A DNA stretch of 64,000 nt from a bacterium (GCA_963662285.2 CAXXMV010000002.1:1504001-1568000), one strand, 5' to 3'. Counted from the stretch's first letter, positions 51,861-62,689 are shown. Notes: generated from the sequence alone by a model not told the origin. Numbers and translations: made by a program.

Positions 51861-53396
51861 GTGAATGAACCAACTCTTTCAACCATAATATTGAGCGCTT
51901 TGATGGATTGCTGCGATGGATCAGTCATTCTTTTATTGATTGCATCTTGCGCCGTATCTATTCGATTCAGGATGTTCCGGTTTCTGACGCCTTTGATTCT
52001 ATCAGGAGTCATCATTGCCGAAGCGTTGATCAATATACCTTTTTTTGTCTCTATGGTTGGAGCGAAATGGCTTTTTGTCTTATGGGGACCGGGTTTGTCG
52101 TTGATCATTTATTCTACGTACAAGAAGATTAAGGGTATGGCGATAGAGCATACTGGCGACTATCCTCCTTTAATCTTCGTTCTGGCTGGGCACGGGATCG
52201 CTCTGGCTGGATTTTTCTCAATATTACTCCTTATTTATCAACAAGTTAAATCAGGTCAGGCTATCGACTGGCCGCGAATCAATGCTTATGGAGTGGTCGT
52301 TCTCTCTTTTTACCTGCTCTTCGAAATTGCGCCCTGGCGTCTGTTGCCTATCCGATCGCCGAAAGATATCGCATGCATCTTATTACTGGTTGCGGTGGGG
52401 CTCTTTGTTCTGCGGGGAGGTATGTGGTGTTACGGACTTTTTAATGCATCAGTTAAAGAGCGTCCCGGCAGTTTCCGCCTTAAGGGACTCATATATAGCG
52501 AAGAATTGGCCAGTGGATGGCGTTTTAACCGCCTGAAAGAACTGACAGACCAATATTGGCGCTATATAGTTCATCCATTGATGGTTAAACAAGAGCCTCC
52601 ATTTGTCAGGAATGAAGCGTTCTTATGGGATGGATTGCAAAAAGCGGAGGATTTCCGCCAGAGCCTGTTGGTTCCAGATGAAAATGGATTCACCCGCGCC
52701 GAACTGATTGCAATGGCGATAGTTGAGTTCAAGAATTCGGCTGAAATGTTATTGGAAGACCACGTATCGCTGAAGCGATTCAAGTTTGACGCCTATGATC
52801 TATTAGAACAAATCAATGGAAATGAGTTTGAAATAGACAGTAAAGGCGCGTTTGATGAATTTATCGGGCGTTGGTATGGAATCTGGGATAAGTCGCCTGT
52901 AAATCACCATTGGAGGCCTTTGGAATATTTCGAACCAGTATTGACTATTCCAGGTGAAAATTCTATGCAACTGAGGATGAGACAATATTGCTGGATCGGT
53001 GATGGCTTTGGCTGGAACGCTATCGCTTCAATTCCATCTGCTGCAGATGCGAACAAAACTAAAGAGAATATATTAGGGATTGTCTATCATGTCAAAGATA
53101 AAAAGGTAGATAGCATTACTGGGATTAGGCCTCATATCGGTCTGGTAGTGGGCTATGGTCAACTGATTTGGATAACTGATGGAGAGATATTTTTAGAAGA
53201 GGTTATTACATACAAGAATAAAAGCCATAACTATTATGCTATAACTGGTTTTAATTATATTATTGATAATAATACACTTATGAATAATGGAGATTTATTT
53301 CAGGCGGTATATTCCCGATTAGCAAAGAACAGAACCGCTTTCTTTAAATCGAATTTCAAACTCTCAATCTCAGTTGATGCTGTTCCCTATAATTAA
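51861..53396 (+). CDS. Hypothetical membrane protein (multi-TM N-half, soluble C-half)
   Basis: 511-aa ORF; start uncertain; no motif recognised. Confidence 0.6.
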   Translation: MNEPTLSTIILSALMDCCDGSVILLLIASCAVSIRFRMFRFLTPLILSGVIIAEALINIPFFVSMVGAKWLFVLWGPGLSLIIYSTYKKIKGMAIEHTGDYPPLIFVLAGHGIALAGFFSILLLIYQQVKSGQAIDWPRINAYGVVVLSFYLLFEIAPWRLLPIRSPKDIACILLLVAVGLFVLRGGMWCYGLFNASVKERPGSFRLKGLIYSEELASGWRFNRLKELTDQYWRYIVHPLMVKQEPPFVRNEAFLWDGLQKAEDFRQSLLVPDENGFTRAELIAMAIVEFKNSAEMLLEDHVSLKRFKFDAYDLLEQINGNEFEIDSKGAFDEFIGRWYGIWDKSPVNHHWRPLEYFEPVLTIPGENSMQLRMRQYCWIGDGFGWNAIASIPSAADANKTKENILGIVYHVKDKKVDSITGIRPHIGLVVGYGQLIWITDGEIFLEEVITYKNKSHNYYAITGFNYIIDNNTLMNNGDLFQAVYSRLAKNRTAFFKSNFKLSISVDAVPYN

Positions 53397-53705
53397 AGTA
53401 GTTGTTAATGTTAATTGCGTATAAAACGTTATTGCAAAGTTATATATTGCATTAATTTATATCAATAACGGCATTCCTTGCTATATAATTTCATTGTAAT
53501 TTTTGTAAATGACATTTATGTCAGTATTTAAAGTAATTTCTTGTCAAAAATGTCATTAATTAAATTATAAGCAATTTTTATTGAAATTAAAAAGATGATT
53601 ACCTATGTTTTATAGATGTTTTTTTATCTATTATGTCATTGATAACATTTGATTTGCATTATCGTTAACTTCCATCAACGTTTTTTAATAGGTATTTTTT
53701 ATGAT

Positions 53706-53721
53706 TGGTATATTGATTGCT
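53706..53721 (+). promoter_or_regulatory. Putative sigma54 -24/-12 promoter
   Basis: TGGTATATTGATTGCT gives GG-N10-GC; upstream 5-4-5 sites TGACA-N4-TGTCA, TGTCA-N4-TGTCA and TGTCA-N4-TAACA within about 53510-53647. Confidence 0.5.
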
Positions 53722-54204
53722 ATATATTAAATTGTACGTTGTATTGAACACCATTGATTTTGCATCCAATCACATCATGATATTTTCATCCAGTACGACA
53801 ACTATGTTTTCATCGTTGCATGGCATCGTGTTTAACATGCAAGAGTAATTTGTTTAGAGAACGCACCATTGCATTTCATCTTTTGTCTTCTCCTATACAG
53901 CGTGCGACATTGGGGTAAGAAGGAATACACCGAGGCGGCAGCATTTTCGTTTTCTTTCAGCATTGTCCATCAGCATAGTTTGAAAGCGTATGATTACATT
54001 ATAAGGTTCTAGACCTAGGTTTTTTTTTCACCAAAGTTGAATAAACACACCCGGTATTGCATCATTTCATCAAGGCTATACAACTCAGTGAGTCATCACA
54101 TCTTTGGTTATCAGGTGAGTTTCACAAGCGGTTAGTTCAGCAAAAGCACTTTTTCAACAATTCGCCCGTACCTTTATCTAGCCTGTATAATATTTCCTCT
54201 TACT

Positions 54205-54234
54205 CAAAAAGGCTCTCGCAAGAGAGCCTTTTTC
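54205..54234. terminator. Bidirectional intrinsic terminator
   Basis: AAAAAGGCTCTC-gcaa-GAGAGCCTTTTT. Confidence 0.85.
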
Positions 54235-54305
54235 ATTGTTTAAATAAATGGTTAATTCATGTTTTTATGGAATAGTTTTGTGGATGATAGGGCATTGGTT
54301 TTGTT

Positions 54306-56084
54306 TTAGATAGCGGCGGGCAAGTGTATTGAGAAGGTTGAGCCTGAGCCGTATTCACTGGTAACGGTGACATATCCCCCATGAGTTTGGGTGATGTGTT
54401 TTACAATGGCTAATCCCAGGCCGGTGCCGCCAAGTTTGCGGCTGCGGGCTTTATCTACTCGATAGAAACGTTCAAATATTCGCGGTAGATGCTCTTCCAT
54501 TATACCGCATCCCCAATCCTGGACGTTGATTGATATCAGGTCATTTTTACATGTAACTTCGATTTGGATCTGGCTGCCGGATTCGCTGTATTTCACTGCG
54601 TTATCAATCAAGTTCACAACCGCCTGTTCAAGCAAAGGAGGATTAATATTGGCGATAATATCCTCTTGGTTAACGATTATGATGTTAATATTCTTCTCTT
54701 GCGAATTGTTCTTGCAGCATTCAATAGCAGATTGAATTAAATTATTGATAGAAGAATGTTCTTTGGGAATGCTATCTTGTTCTTTGCCCTGTTCCACGCG
54801 GGAAAGGCTGAGAAGGTCTTCAATAATGGCATTTAAGCGGTCAGTTTGTCTGGCGATGATGCCCAGAAAACGCATGGCGTCATCGCGGTCGTCCAGAGCG
54901 CCTTCCATTAGCGTTTCGACGAAGCCTTTGATGGAAGTGATCGGCGTTTTGAGTTCATGTGATACATTGGCGACGAAGTCACGTCGTAGGTTTTCCAACC
55001 GTCGGACGGTAGTTACGTCATGAAGCACGATTACCGAACCGATTTGAGCGCCGTTGGAATCCTGCATAGCAGCGCCATGCGCTTTCAAGAAACGGCGTTC
55101 CTGATTAGTTATAACAATTTCACCCTCAATTATTTCATGATTTAATAACGCTTGTTTAATTACCTGATATAGTTCGGGATTGGCGATCACTTCATCAATG
55201 CGCTTATTTGTAATATCATCGGATTTCACATCAAGCAGTTGAGCGGCGGCATAATTAAGGCTGATCAGTCTATTGTCTTTGTCAACGGCGATGACGCCTT
55301 CAACCATACTGGCGAAAATTGCTTCCTGTTGTTTACGTTGGTGGTTGATGGTTTTGATGCGGGCGTCAAGCTGTTCGGCCATGTAGTTCATGGCCTTGGC
55401 CAGGTGGCTTATTTCTTCCGAGTTAGAAACATTGAGGCGCATAGAAAAGTCGCCGCGGGCAAAGCGGTCGGCGACTTGTTTCATTTTATGAAGCGGCTGA
55501 CTGATGCGGTGCGAAACAAATAAGCATATCAATGCAGCGATCAATGCAACTACTACGCCTACTATTACTATATTGAAATAGACAATTCCTAAGGTATATT
55601 CTATGGCGCTGGTAGAAATAGAGGTTCGAATAACTGCTGAAACATTGCGGTTATGGTCGGAAAGCGGAATGGCGATGTACATCATGCTTTTACTAAGGGT
55701 ATTGCTGTATCGAATCGATTTACCCAGGGCGCCATTCAGCGCCTTTTGAATTTCCGGGCGTTTTAGATGGTTTTCCATTTCCAGAGGATTTTCATCAGAT
55801 TCACCTATCACTTCTCCAGAGGGAAGTACGATTGTTATACGGCATTTCATGACCTGAGCCAATTTCTTGCACAGTGTGTCTATCTTGCTAACTTCTATAT
55901 CAAGATTATCTTCCAGCATACGGTTTTCAACAGTTCGCGCCCGGGTTTTCAGTTCTTCTTCGAGGGTTCCCAAATAGAATCCTCTTAATTCCCGTGTGGA
56001 ATACCAGGTAATTGCGATCAGTGATAATAACGTGATAACTAGATATGAAGGATATAGTTGCCAGATTAGTCGTTTTTGGGACAC
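54306..56084 (-). CDS. phoR: PhoR-like sensor kinase (HAMP, PAS, HisKA, HATPase)
   Basis: RRDFVANVSHELKTPITSIKGF, NLIDNAVKY, RFYRVDKARSR..GGTGLGL. Confidence 0.85.
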   Translation of the reverse strand: MSQKRLIWQLYPSYLVITLLSLIAITWYSTRELRGFYLGTLEEELKTRARTVENRMLEDNLDIEVSKIDTLCKKLAQVMKCRITIVLPSGEVIGESDENPLEMENHLKRPEIQKALNGALGKSIRYSNTLSKSMMYIAIPLSDHNRNVSAVIRTSISTSAIEYTLGIVYFNIVIVGVVVALIAALICLFVSHRISQPLHKMKQVADRFARGDFSMRLNVSNSEEISHLAKAMNYMAEQLDARIKTINHQRKQQEAIFASMVEGVIAVDKDNRLISLNYAAAQLLDVKSDDITNKRIDEVIANPELYQVIKQALLNHEIIEGEIVITNQERRFLKAHGAAMQDSNGAQIGSVIVLHDVTTVRRLENLRRDFVANVSHELKTPITSIKGFVETLMEGALDDRDDAMRFLGIIARQTDRLNAIIEDLLSLSRVEQGKEQDSIPKEHSSINNLIQSAIECCKNNSQEKNINIIIVNQEDIIANINPPLLEQAVVNLIDNAVKYSESGSQIQIEVTCKNDLISINVQDWGCGIMEEHLPRIFERFYRVDKARSRKLGGTGLGLAIVKHITQTHGGYVTVTSEYGSGSTFSIHLPAAI

Positions 56085-56249
56085 AATAGGTTCTTTTTTT
56101 TATGTTTTTGGTATGACTGATGAGTCGGTAAAAAGTGAATGAAAGACGAAACTCAAGTTATATCTTGTATATAAGTAAATTAATATCCGCAAATTATTAT
56201 TGAGGTCATAAAACAAGTTTTGGATTTTTTACTGTTTCGTCATAACTGG

Positions 56250-56936
56250 TTAATCCTTAAATCGATAGCCGACGCCACGGACTGTTTCAATATACTCTCC
56301 ACAAGCGCCCAGTTTCTTACGTAATCCAACCACTTGAACATCTACCGAGCGTTCTGTGACCGGGTAATCATCACCGTGAACGGCGTCGATAATTTGATTT
56401 CTGGTGAAAACCCAACCTGGTCTTTTGATCAGGAAATGAAGGATGCGGTATTCCGTCAATGTCAGGTCGAGTAATTGTTCGTTGATTGATACTTCATGAC
56501 GTCCGGGATGAATAAATATCTCATGCAGTTTGATGTATTTGGTTTCATCGATGGCGCCAGCCGTATTACGTCTGATAACGGCTTTGATTCTGGCTTTGAG
56601 GATGTTGGGGCTGAATGGTTTGGTGATGTAATCGTCCGCTCCCATTTCTAGTCCTCTAACTACATCGGATTCTTCGCCTTTTGCGGTCAGCATCACAATC
56701 GGGATAGAGTTGGTTGATGCATCCTGCTTAAGAAAATGGCAGATTTGCAAACCGTCTATTCCAGGAAGCATGAGGTCTAACACGATCAAGTCGGGAGACA
56801 TGGTTTTCGCCAGTTCCAAGGCATTCTCACCGGAAGTAACGCATGTGACTTTATAACCTACTTTTACCAGGTTGTATTCAACTAAACAAAGAATATCTTC
56901 CTCATCATCGACAACCAGGATGTTTTCGTGAGCCAT
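56250..56936 (-). CDS. phoB: PhoB/PhoP-like OmpR family response regulator
   Basis: DLMLP, MLTAKGEESD, GADDYITKPF, IETVRGVGY. Confidence 0.8.
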   Translation of the reverse strand: MAHENILVVDDEEDILCLVEYNLVKVGYKVTCVTSGENALELAKTMSPDLIVLDLMLPGIDGLQICHFLKQDASTNSIPIVMLTAKGEESDVVRGLEMGADDYITKPFSPNILKARIKAVIRRNTAGAIDETKYIKLHEIFIHPGRHEVSINEQLLDLTLTEYRILHFLIKRPGWVFTRNQIIDAVHGDDYPVTERSVDVQVVGLRKKLGACGEYIETVRGVGYRFKD

Positions 56937-57001
56937 TCTTCTCTCCTATGTATATTATTTTATGTTCAGGGTATTAATATACATAGTCCGTATTAGCGTT
57001 A

Positions 57002-57018
57002 TGTTAGGGAATTGTTAA
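57002..57018 (-). promoter_or_regulatory. Pho-box-like direct repeat upstream of the regulator
   Basis: Minus-strand TAACA-ATTCCC-TAACA with 11-bp period. Confidence 0.5.
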
Positions 57019-57105
57019 TATATTATACTGATTCCAAAACTTTGTAATATATTACCTTTGATAAAGCAGGATTTTTGAAAAGAATTGATTGCATATCGCT
57101 CTAAA

Positions 57106-57138
57106 CAAAGGGTGAAGGATTATCTCCTTCACCCTTTG
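57106..57138 (-). terminator. Intrinsic terminator
   Basis: CAAAGGGTGAAGGA...TCCTTCACCCTTTG. Confidence 0.75.
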
Positions 57139-57174
57139 AGCATCTGATTATTAAGTGGTTGTTATAGAAATGCT

Positions 57175-58548
57175 CTATACCAGTTTCCAGCCCTTCCGGT
57201 ATTCACGCCGGATAAGGGGATCTGCTTCCGGGGCATTGGTTGCTTTCATCTGCTTCTCGTCCCACTCCAGTTTCTTTCCAACGCGGTAGGCCACATTACC
57301 CAAGTGGTTGGCTTCGGTCAGCCATCCGGCGTATTCGAAGTTGCAGGTGGTGGGTGCGCCAGTCTTGCATGCGTGAATCCATTCGGCGTGATGACCTAAT
57401 GATTTAGGGATGAACTGATCGGGACGCTTGAAATCTTTGAACTTATCTTCGGGCAGCAGCATGTGTTTGCCGTAGTCCGCCAAGAGCATGCCTTTGTCGC
57501 CTATGAAAAGTACTGCGCTGTCCCATTTGGGAATGGCGCCATCTTTCCAGATTTTGGGCTTATTGGTTCCCTGGTACCAGGTGAGTTCCAGAGGCGGCAT
57601 GTCGCCCCGTGCGCCGTAGGTGTACTTGGCTTGCATGGAAGCCGGGGCGATTTCGGCGTTAACCGGAGGGCCTTCCGCTTCGATGGTCAATGGGTGATCC
57701 AGTTTCAACGCCCAGAAGGGTAAGTCGATCCAGTGGCTGCCGAGGTCTGACATGGTGCCATTGCCGAAATCCCACCAGCGGTACCACTTGGGTCCTGGAA
57801 AATATACATTATTGAAAGGACGCATCGGCGCCGGGCCTATCCACATATCCCAGTCTAATCCGGCTGGGATTGGATCTACGGTTTTGGGGCGCTCCTGAAC
57901 GAAAACAATATCATTGGCTTTTTTACAATCGGCCTCAGAGGCATGCCAGCCCCAGGCGCGTGATACCCAGACATGAGTTTCGCTTACTGATCCGATGGCG
58001 CCGGACTGGATCAACTCAACCACCCGGCGGTAGTTATCGCCAGCGTGAATCTGGGTTCCCATCTGGGTGGCTACTTTCGCTTTATTGGCAGCTTCGCGGA
58101 TTATGCGCGCTTCCCACACGCTGTGGGTCAGAGGCTTCTCGCAATATACATGCTTGCCCAGTTGCAGCGCTGGTAGCGTGGCGAATGCGTGGGTGTGTTC
58201 GCAGGTGCTTACAACTACCGCGTCGAATTCTTTTTCATGATCATAAAGTTTATGGAAATCGTTCACCTGCCGGGCTTTGGGATGCTTGGCAGCAGCTGCA
58301 TCCAGGCCTTTTTGGTTTACATCGCTTAAGGCAACGATGTTCTCTGAACTTACTGATCCTAAATTGCTTCCCCCGCGACCTCCCGCGCCGATGATGGCGA
58401 TGTTGAGGCGGTCGTTCAGGTTACTGGCGCGTGCAATATATGGCGCCCCCAGCGTCACTGAACCAGCCGCAACAGCCGTTGCGCCCAAGAAATGCCGCCT
58501 GGTGATGGAGAGATTTTTGTTTTTTGAATTAGAGCGATTCTTCTGCAT
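57175..58548 (-). CDS. Tat-exported Gfo/Idh/MocA oxidoreductase
   Basis: [28 protein letters not shown]...H..D. Confidence 0.92.
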   Translation of the reverse strand: MQKNRSNSKNKNLSITRRHFLGATAVAAGSVTLGAPYIARASNLNDRLNIAIIGAGGRGGSNLGSVSSENIVALSDVNQKGLDAAAAKHPKARQVNDFHKLYDHEKEFDAVVVSTCEHTHAFATLPALQLGKHVYCEKPLTHSVWEARIIREAANKAKVATQMGTQIHAGDNYRRVVELIQSGAIGSVSETHVWVSRAWGWHASEADCKKANDIVFVQERPKTVDPIPAGLDWDMWIGPAPMRPFNNVYFPGPKWYRWWDFGNGTMSDLGSHWIDLPFWALKLDHPLTIEAEGPPVNAEIAPASMQAKYTYGARGDMPPLELTWYQGTNKPKIWKDGAIPKWDSAVLFIGDKGMLLADYGKHMLLPEDKFKDFKRPDQFIPKSLGHHAEWIHACKTGAPTTCNFEYAGWLTEANHLGNVAYRVGKKLEWDEKQMKATNAPEADPLIRREYRKGWKLV

Positions 58549-58647
58549 GGTTGCGATATCCTTTCGCGATTAAGTGAATCTATTTAAGCAGTATTAACTT
58601 GAAAAATCAAAAAATTTGTACGGTTTAACGGTTGATTCTCTTTATGC

Positions 58648-60612
58648 TTATTTAATCGATTCGATCCATAATTGATGAATCTTTTGTTTCTTCCCGTCTT
58701 GTGAGGCGCCGTATTCCTCCATTAATTTAACGAATCCATTATAGACTCTTTGGGCTGTATCGTGATAACTTTGATCAGCCGCGATTTGAGATTTTTCCGG
58801 CAATGGCGCCAGGTTTAACTTGGAACGTTCGGTGATAACGTTGAAGCATTTAATCCCCAAACGGCAATGCGCCGCCTCGTAACTCTTATCAAGTTGATTC
58901 TTTTTCAGCGCCTGATGCATCTTGAGCAGTTTTTCGCCATTAGCGCTTAAATTTGAACTAGATAGCGAACTTTTCTTAACCTTTTTATCAGGAATATCTC
59001 CTACTCCATCACCCAATGAAATATGGATATCAGAACGGGGTGAAAGGCTCTCATAAGGCAGTTTCACAGATTTTGCGTCAAAATTTGCCCATGATTTTCC
59101 GTTGATGGTGACTTTGCTGATATCGCCTGAGCCGCTGGTGGATAGATAGAGTTGTTTTTCGCCTGTCCGTATGGGGAATTTTTGCTGGAATTGTTTTATG
59201 GCGTTTGGTATATGGGGAATCAGTTTAACGCCTTCGGCGTTATAAATGTATTCAAACAAACCGCGAATTATGGCCGCCGAAGGACCAAATGTATCGTAAC
59301 ATAAGTTGATCGGCTCCTTGGGTTGGTATACCTTGGCGCCAAAATCAACCAGCGGATTATCCATGCGGAACTGGCGGGCGAAAGTCAGCAGATGCTTCAT
59401 AGAGCGGCGGTTATCTTCATATTTGCCGAGACGGCTGTAGCCCATCATCATCCGCGCTTCGCATGTGGACCAATGTCCTCCATTAACCCATGTTCCGAAA
59501 CTCCACAACCAGTTTCCGGTTGGATTGATATACATATCATCCAGTCCGGGGTAATTGGCGATGATGAAATCATGGGGGCGGAGTCCGGGGATGGACTTGA
59601 TTTTTTGATAGATTTTTTCGGCCTGCGCGTCGTCAACAACGCGGAAAGCGATGGCGTCGTGATTGGGCGAGGCTTCGAAATAACCATGTTTATCAGCCCC
59701 ATAAACGCCATGACGGGTTCCATTGGGATCAATGGATTTTACAAAATAACCGTCTTTGGTCATAAGAGATGGTAAGCCTTGTTTGGCTAATTCACGCCGT
59801 TTTGAGTAGAGTTCGATTTTATCTGTTCTACTCAGCATTTTTTCCAACTCAATTAAACGATCCAAAGCGGCGATGGTGGTGATGGAAAGACCAGCCAGGT
59901 AGGCTTGGGCGAATGTCCCATCCTCTTTCTTATATCCCGCATAACTGGGCGCCAGAAGGTTGCTGGCCGGACCGCCGAGAAACAGGTTGTTTTCCGGGTC
60001 TCTGCGGGTTTCAAGGAAATTGGCGCAGCGTTCCAACTTGGGCAGGTACAGGGCTATGGCTTCTTTATCGCGGCTGACCAATAGCAACTCCGCTTGCATT
60101 AGTAAACCAGCGGCGGTAAATTCCATGCCCCAGTCGTGTATATCCGTACGTCCGTCGCCTTGTTTGGCGATGAAATCATTGGGACGGGCGGCGTCGCATA
60201 GGGAGCCATCCGGTGGAATCCACTTAAAATCCCGGTGGGGCCTAACCGTATGGCCATCGCCCATCTGACTGAACCAGAGGTCTTGCGAGTTCTGTAGAAA
60301 TGTTATAAATGGCTCCTGAAGAAAAGGAAGAGAGCAGTAAGTGGTTCCATAACTATTTTGAATCCACCATGCATCCCAGGTCGGGCCTTCCACCAGGCCG
60401 TTCCAGGACGGGGTGTACATCATCGACATGTTCTGGAACTCAGGATCGGGTTCAAACATGCGCCGGGCGATATCCAGCAACTCAAGATATTCCACGTCGC
60501 CTTCGCCGGAAAAGTATTGCCCATCAAATGATTGCGCTTGAGCGTATCCAACAGTGATAGCAATAGACAGTATGAACAGGCTAATACAAAAACAATAGAT
60601 AAATCGTTTCAT
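58648..60612 (-). CDS. Secreted (alpha/alpha)6 glycoside hydrolase-like protein
   Basis: Signal peptide, WVNGGHW motif, C-terminal L.PHIP and beta-sandwich segment. Confidence 0.65.
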   Translation of the reverse strand: MKRFIYCFCISLFILSIAITVGYAQAQSFDGQYFSGEGDVEYLELLDIARRMFEPDPEFQNMSMMYTPSWNGLVEGPTWDAWWIQNSYGTTYCSLPFLQEPFITFLQNSQDLWFSQMGDGHTVRPHRDFKWIPPDGSLCDAARPNDFIAKQGDGRTDIHDWGMEFTAAGLLMQAELLLVSRDKEAIALYLPKLERCANFLETRRDPENNLFLGGPASNLLAPSYAGYKKEDGTFAQAYLAGLSITTIAALDRLIELEKMLSRTDKIELYSKRRELAKQGLPSLMTKDGYFVKSIDPNGTRHGVYGADKHGYFEASPNHDAIAFRVVDDAQAEKIYQKIKSIPGLRPHDFIIANYPGLDDMYINPTGNWLWSFGTWVNGGHWSTCEARMMMGYSRLGKYEDNRRSMKHLLTFARQFRMDNPLVDFGAKVYQPKEPINLCYDTFGPSAAIIRGLFEYIYNAEGVKLIPHIPNAIKQFQQKFPIRTGEKQLYLSTSGSGDISKVTINGKSWANFDAKSVKLPYESLSPRSDIHISLGDGVGDIPDKKVKKSSLSSSNLSANGEKLLKMHQALKKNQLDKSYEAAHCRLGIKCFNVITERSKLNLAPLPEKSQIAADQSYHDTAQRVYNGFVKLMEEYGASQDGKKQKIHQLWIESIK

Positions 60613-60830
60613 TGTTTATCTCCCCATTTATGAAATATGTACTAACCTATCATGTAACGATTTGATTTTGTAGTACTGCGTCCATCAGTGAAGCTGATGG
60701 TATAGAGGAGGATGGTGGGGATAAAGATGACAGACTCTTCGGCTTTGAGGTTAATCGGTGTAATCTTATATGTGAAATGTGATGAATGGATTACTTGACG
60801 TATGGTTTGATATGATGAGGTCGCCCTATT

Positions 60831-61079
60831 TTGATAGATAAACAAATTCAAGAAATGTTGGATAAAGCCTGTAAACTTTTTAATCGAATACAAAATGCAT
60901 TAGAACGAGAGAGGAAGATATCTCTCGATTTAACGGAATGCGTTTATGTTTTGCAACAAATGAAAATATCCGTTATTTATCGTATAAAAGATAGTAGATA
61001 TTCGAAAGAAGACCTTGCCGCGATTAATGAAATCAGCCTTATGGCGATGAATGCAGAGAATATAATTAAAGAATTATAG
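60831..61079 (+). CDS. Small hypothetical helical protein
   Basis: GAGG RBS, TTG start, 82 aa amphipathic sequence in an intergenic gap. Confidence 0.5.
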   Translation: MIDKQIQEMLDKACKLFNRIQNALERERKISLDLTECVYVLQQMKISVIYRIKDSRYSKEDLAAINEISLMAMNAENIIKEL

Positions 61080-61263
61080 AGTATTTTTCATGACATAGTT
61101 CTATTTCACGATTCGAAAAAGCCGGAAAAGACCGGCTTCAGAAACGTTTGATCTGTCAGGAATCTCAAATCTGATTGATTAGTCGAAATGTAATCCCACT
61201 CTAACTCCCCCAAACCTGGGGGGATAATTTGTCGCGTCATACAGCTAAACTTTTACCGTTATC

Positions 61264-62328
61264 TTAATCTATGCATGAGTATTTTTTCTCAGGAACCATG
61301 GCATGTCCCCAGCCTAGCAGTTCTTCATTTTTTAAGCCCTTTTTCATCTTCAAGAAGCCTGTTTCTACCAAAGCGCCAATATGGAAATAGACCGCATCAA
61401 CGTCTGAAGCAGGATTATCGGGATAATGACTGAAACCTCCATCCGGTTTTCTGCACTGCAATATCCACTTGTTGGCTTTGTTATAAACCTTTTTCAGTCG
61501 TGGATCATTCGGGTCGCCCAATTGGCGCAGGATAAATAGTGCGTCGAAAGCAGCGTGGACATCCCAATCAGGTGGATGAAGATGCCAGGAACCGTCATCT
61601 TTTTGATCATTGATCACGCGGTCAACCATGGCTTGGGCTTTGGGGGTGGGCTGCCCGATGAGACGGAAATAATGAGCGGCGTGGAAAGTCGAAGCGACGT
61701 GATTTCTTAGATAGCCATCTTCCGTCTGTTCGCTCAATATCAATTGGCGCATTTTTTCATCAATCCGGGCGGGCATTTTTTCGCCTAAAGCATTGAAAAA
61801 ATGCGGAAAGAAACTGGTGGTGTAGAGCGGTAGTTCCTTGAATCCACTGCCCTGGAAAAAATGTTCGATAACCGGCATGGGGTCATACTTGGGTTTGGCG
61901 CCTAACAGGCGCAGAGTTACTAACCCCTGGACGGTATTATAAAGTTTGGCCAAAGGAGCATTTGGGTCTAAATCGCCGGTTACAGCGTAAAAGGCGCCAT
62001 CCGGTTTTTGCAGAGAGAGCATGAACTTTTTAGTTTTATCGGGGTAGGGAAGCGACCAACCGAAAGTCTGGCAAAGAATCGTGGCGTAGGTTGGCGCGGC
62101 TATGCCGGATAAAAAAGTATCCGAATTACCTTTATAATCTGGATCAATCCCCGGTCTGAACGAGCCGTCTTGGTCAGCCACCTGGTAGAGGAATGATTTT
62201 ACGCCCTCAAGAATTTTTGCCGGGCTTACATCCTCTGGATTTTGCGCACTTGAGGCCAGGGCGAAAGAATATGCGCCTGTACATAGAGCGCATTTTTTTA
62301 TGAATTGTCGGCGGTTTGCATGGATCAT
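61264..62328 (-). CDS. Tat-exported prenyltransferase/squalene oxidase repeat protein
   Basis: NRRQFI; QKPDGAF, QTEDGY, QKDDGSW, RKPDGGF repeats. Confidence 0.8.
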   Translation of the reverse strand: MIHANRRQFIKKCALCTGAYSFALASSAQNPEDVSPAKILEGVKSFLYQVADQDGSFRPGIDPDYKGNSDTFLSGIAAPTYATILCQTFGWSLPYPDKTKKFMLSLQKPDGAFYAVTGDLDPNAPLAKLYNTVQGLVTLRLLGAKPKYDPMPVIEHFFQGSGFKELPLYTTSFFPHFFNALGEKMPARIDEKMRQLILSEQTEDGYLRNHVASTFHAAHYFRLIGQPTPKAQAMVDRVINDQKDDGSWHLHPPDWDVHAAFDALFILRQLGDPNDPRLKKVYNKANKWILQCRKPDGGFSHYPDNPASDVDAVYFHIGALVETGFLKMKKGLKNEELLGWGHAMVPEKKYSCID

Positions 62329-62452
62329 GATTAGACTTTACGCTGCTTAATATTTCGCAGTTTCCCCTTCATATTCATAATAACAAATAGAACAGTAGTG
62401 TGACCAATCCGTTTTGTCGGGAGTTGTTATTATTTACCCCTCACCCTACCCC

Positions 62453-62625
62453 CAATGTCATTAAGTTAAGGAATTTCGCCCCATCGTTGGTGGCTTAATC
62501 AAGGGCTGAGCGCAATGCGCTCTTGCCCTTGGCACCCATACAATGTCATTGATGACTTCAGTTATTGGAATATCCCTCTCTCCCGGTGCTGGAGAGGGGA
62601 CAAGACGGCTAACTTAATGACATTG
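62453..62625. mobile_element. 173-bp IS4-like MITE inserted in a REP
   Basis: Perfect 16-bp TIR CAATGTCATTAAGTTA / TAACTTAATGACATTG; flanking 10-bp repeat ACCCTACCCC / ACCCTAACCC. Confidence 0.82.
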
Positions 62626-62689
62626 ACCCTAACCCTCTCCCGGCGGGAGAGGGAATTTTGTTACCTGACATTATTTGTTGGACATAGTA

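Noticed and set aside
54057-54275. 72-aa ORF in the large intergenic gap
   Set aside because: TTG start without an RBS, and it runs through the terminator hairpin.
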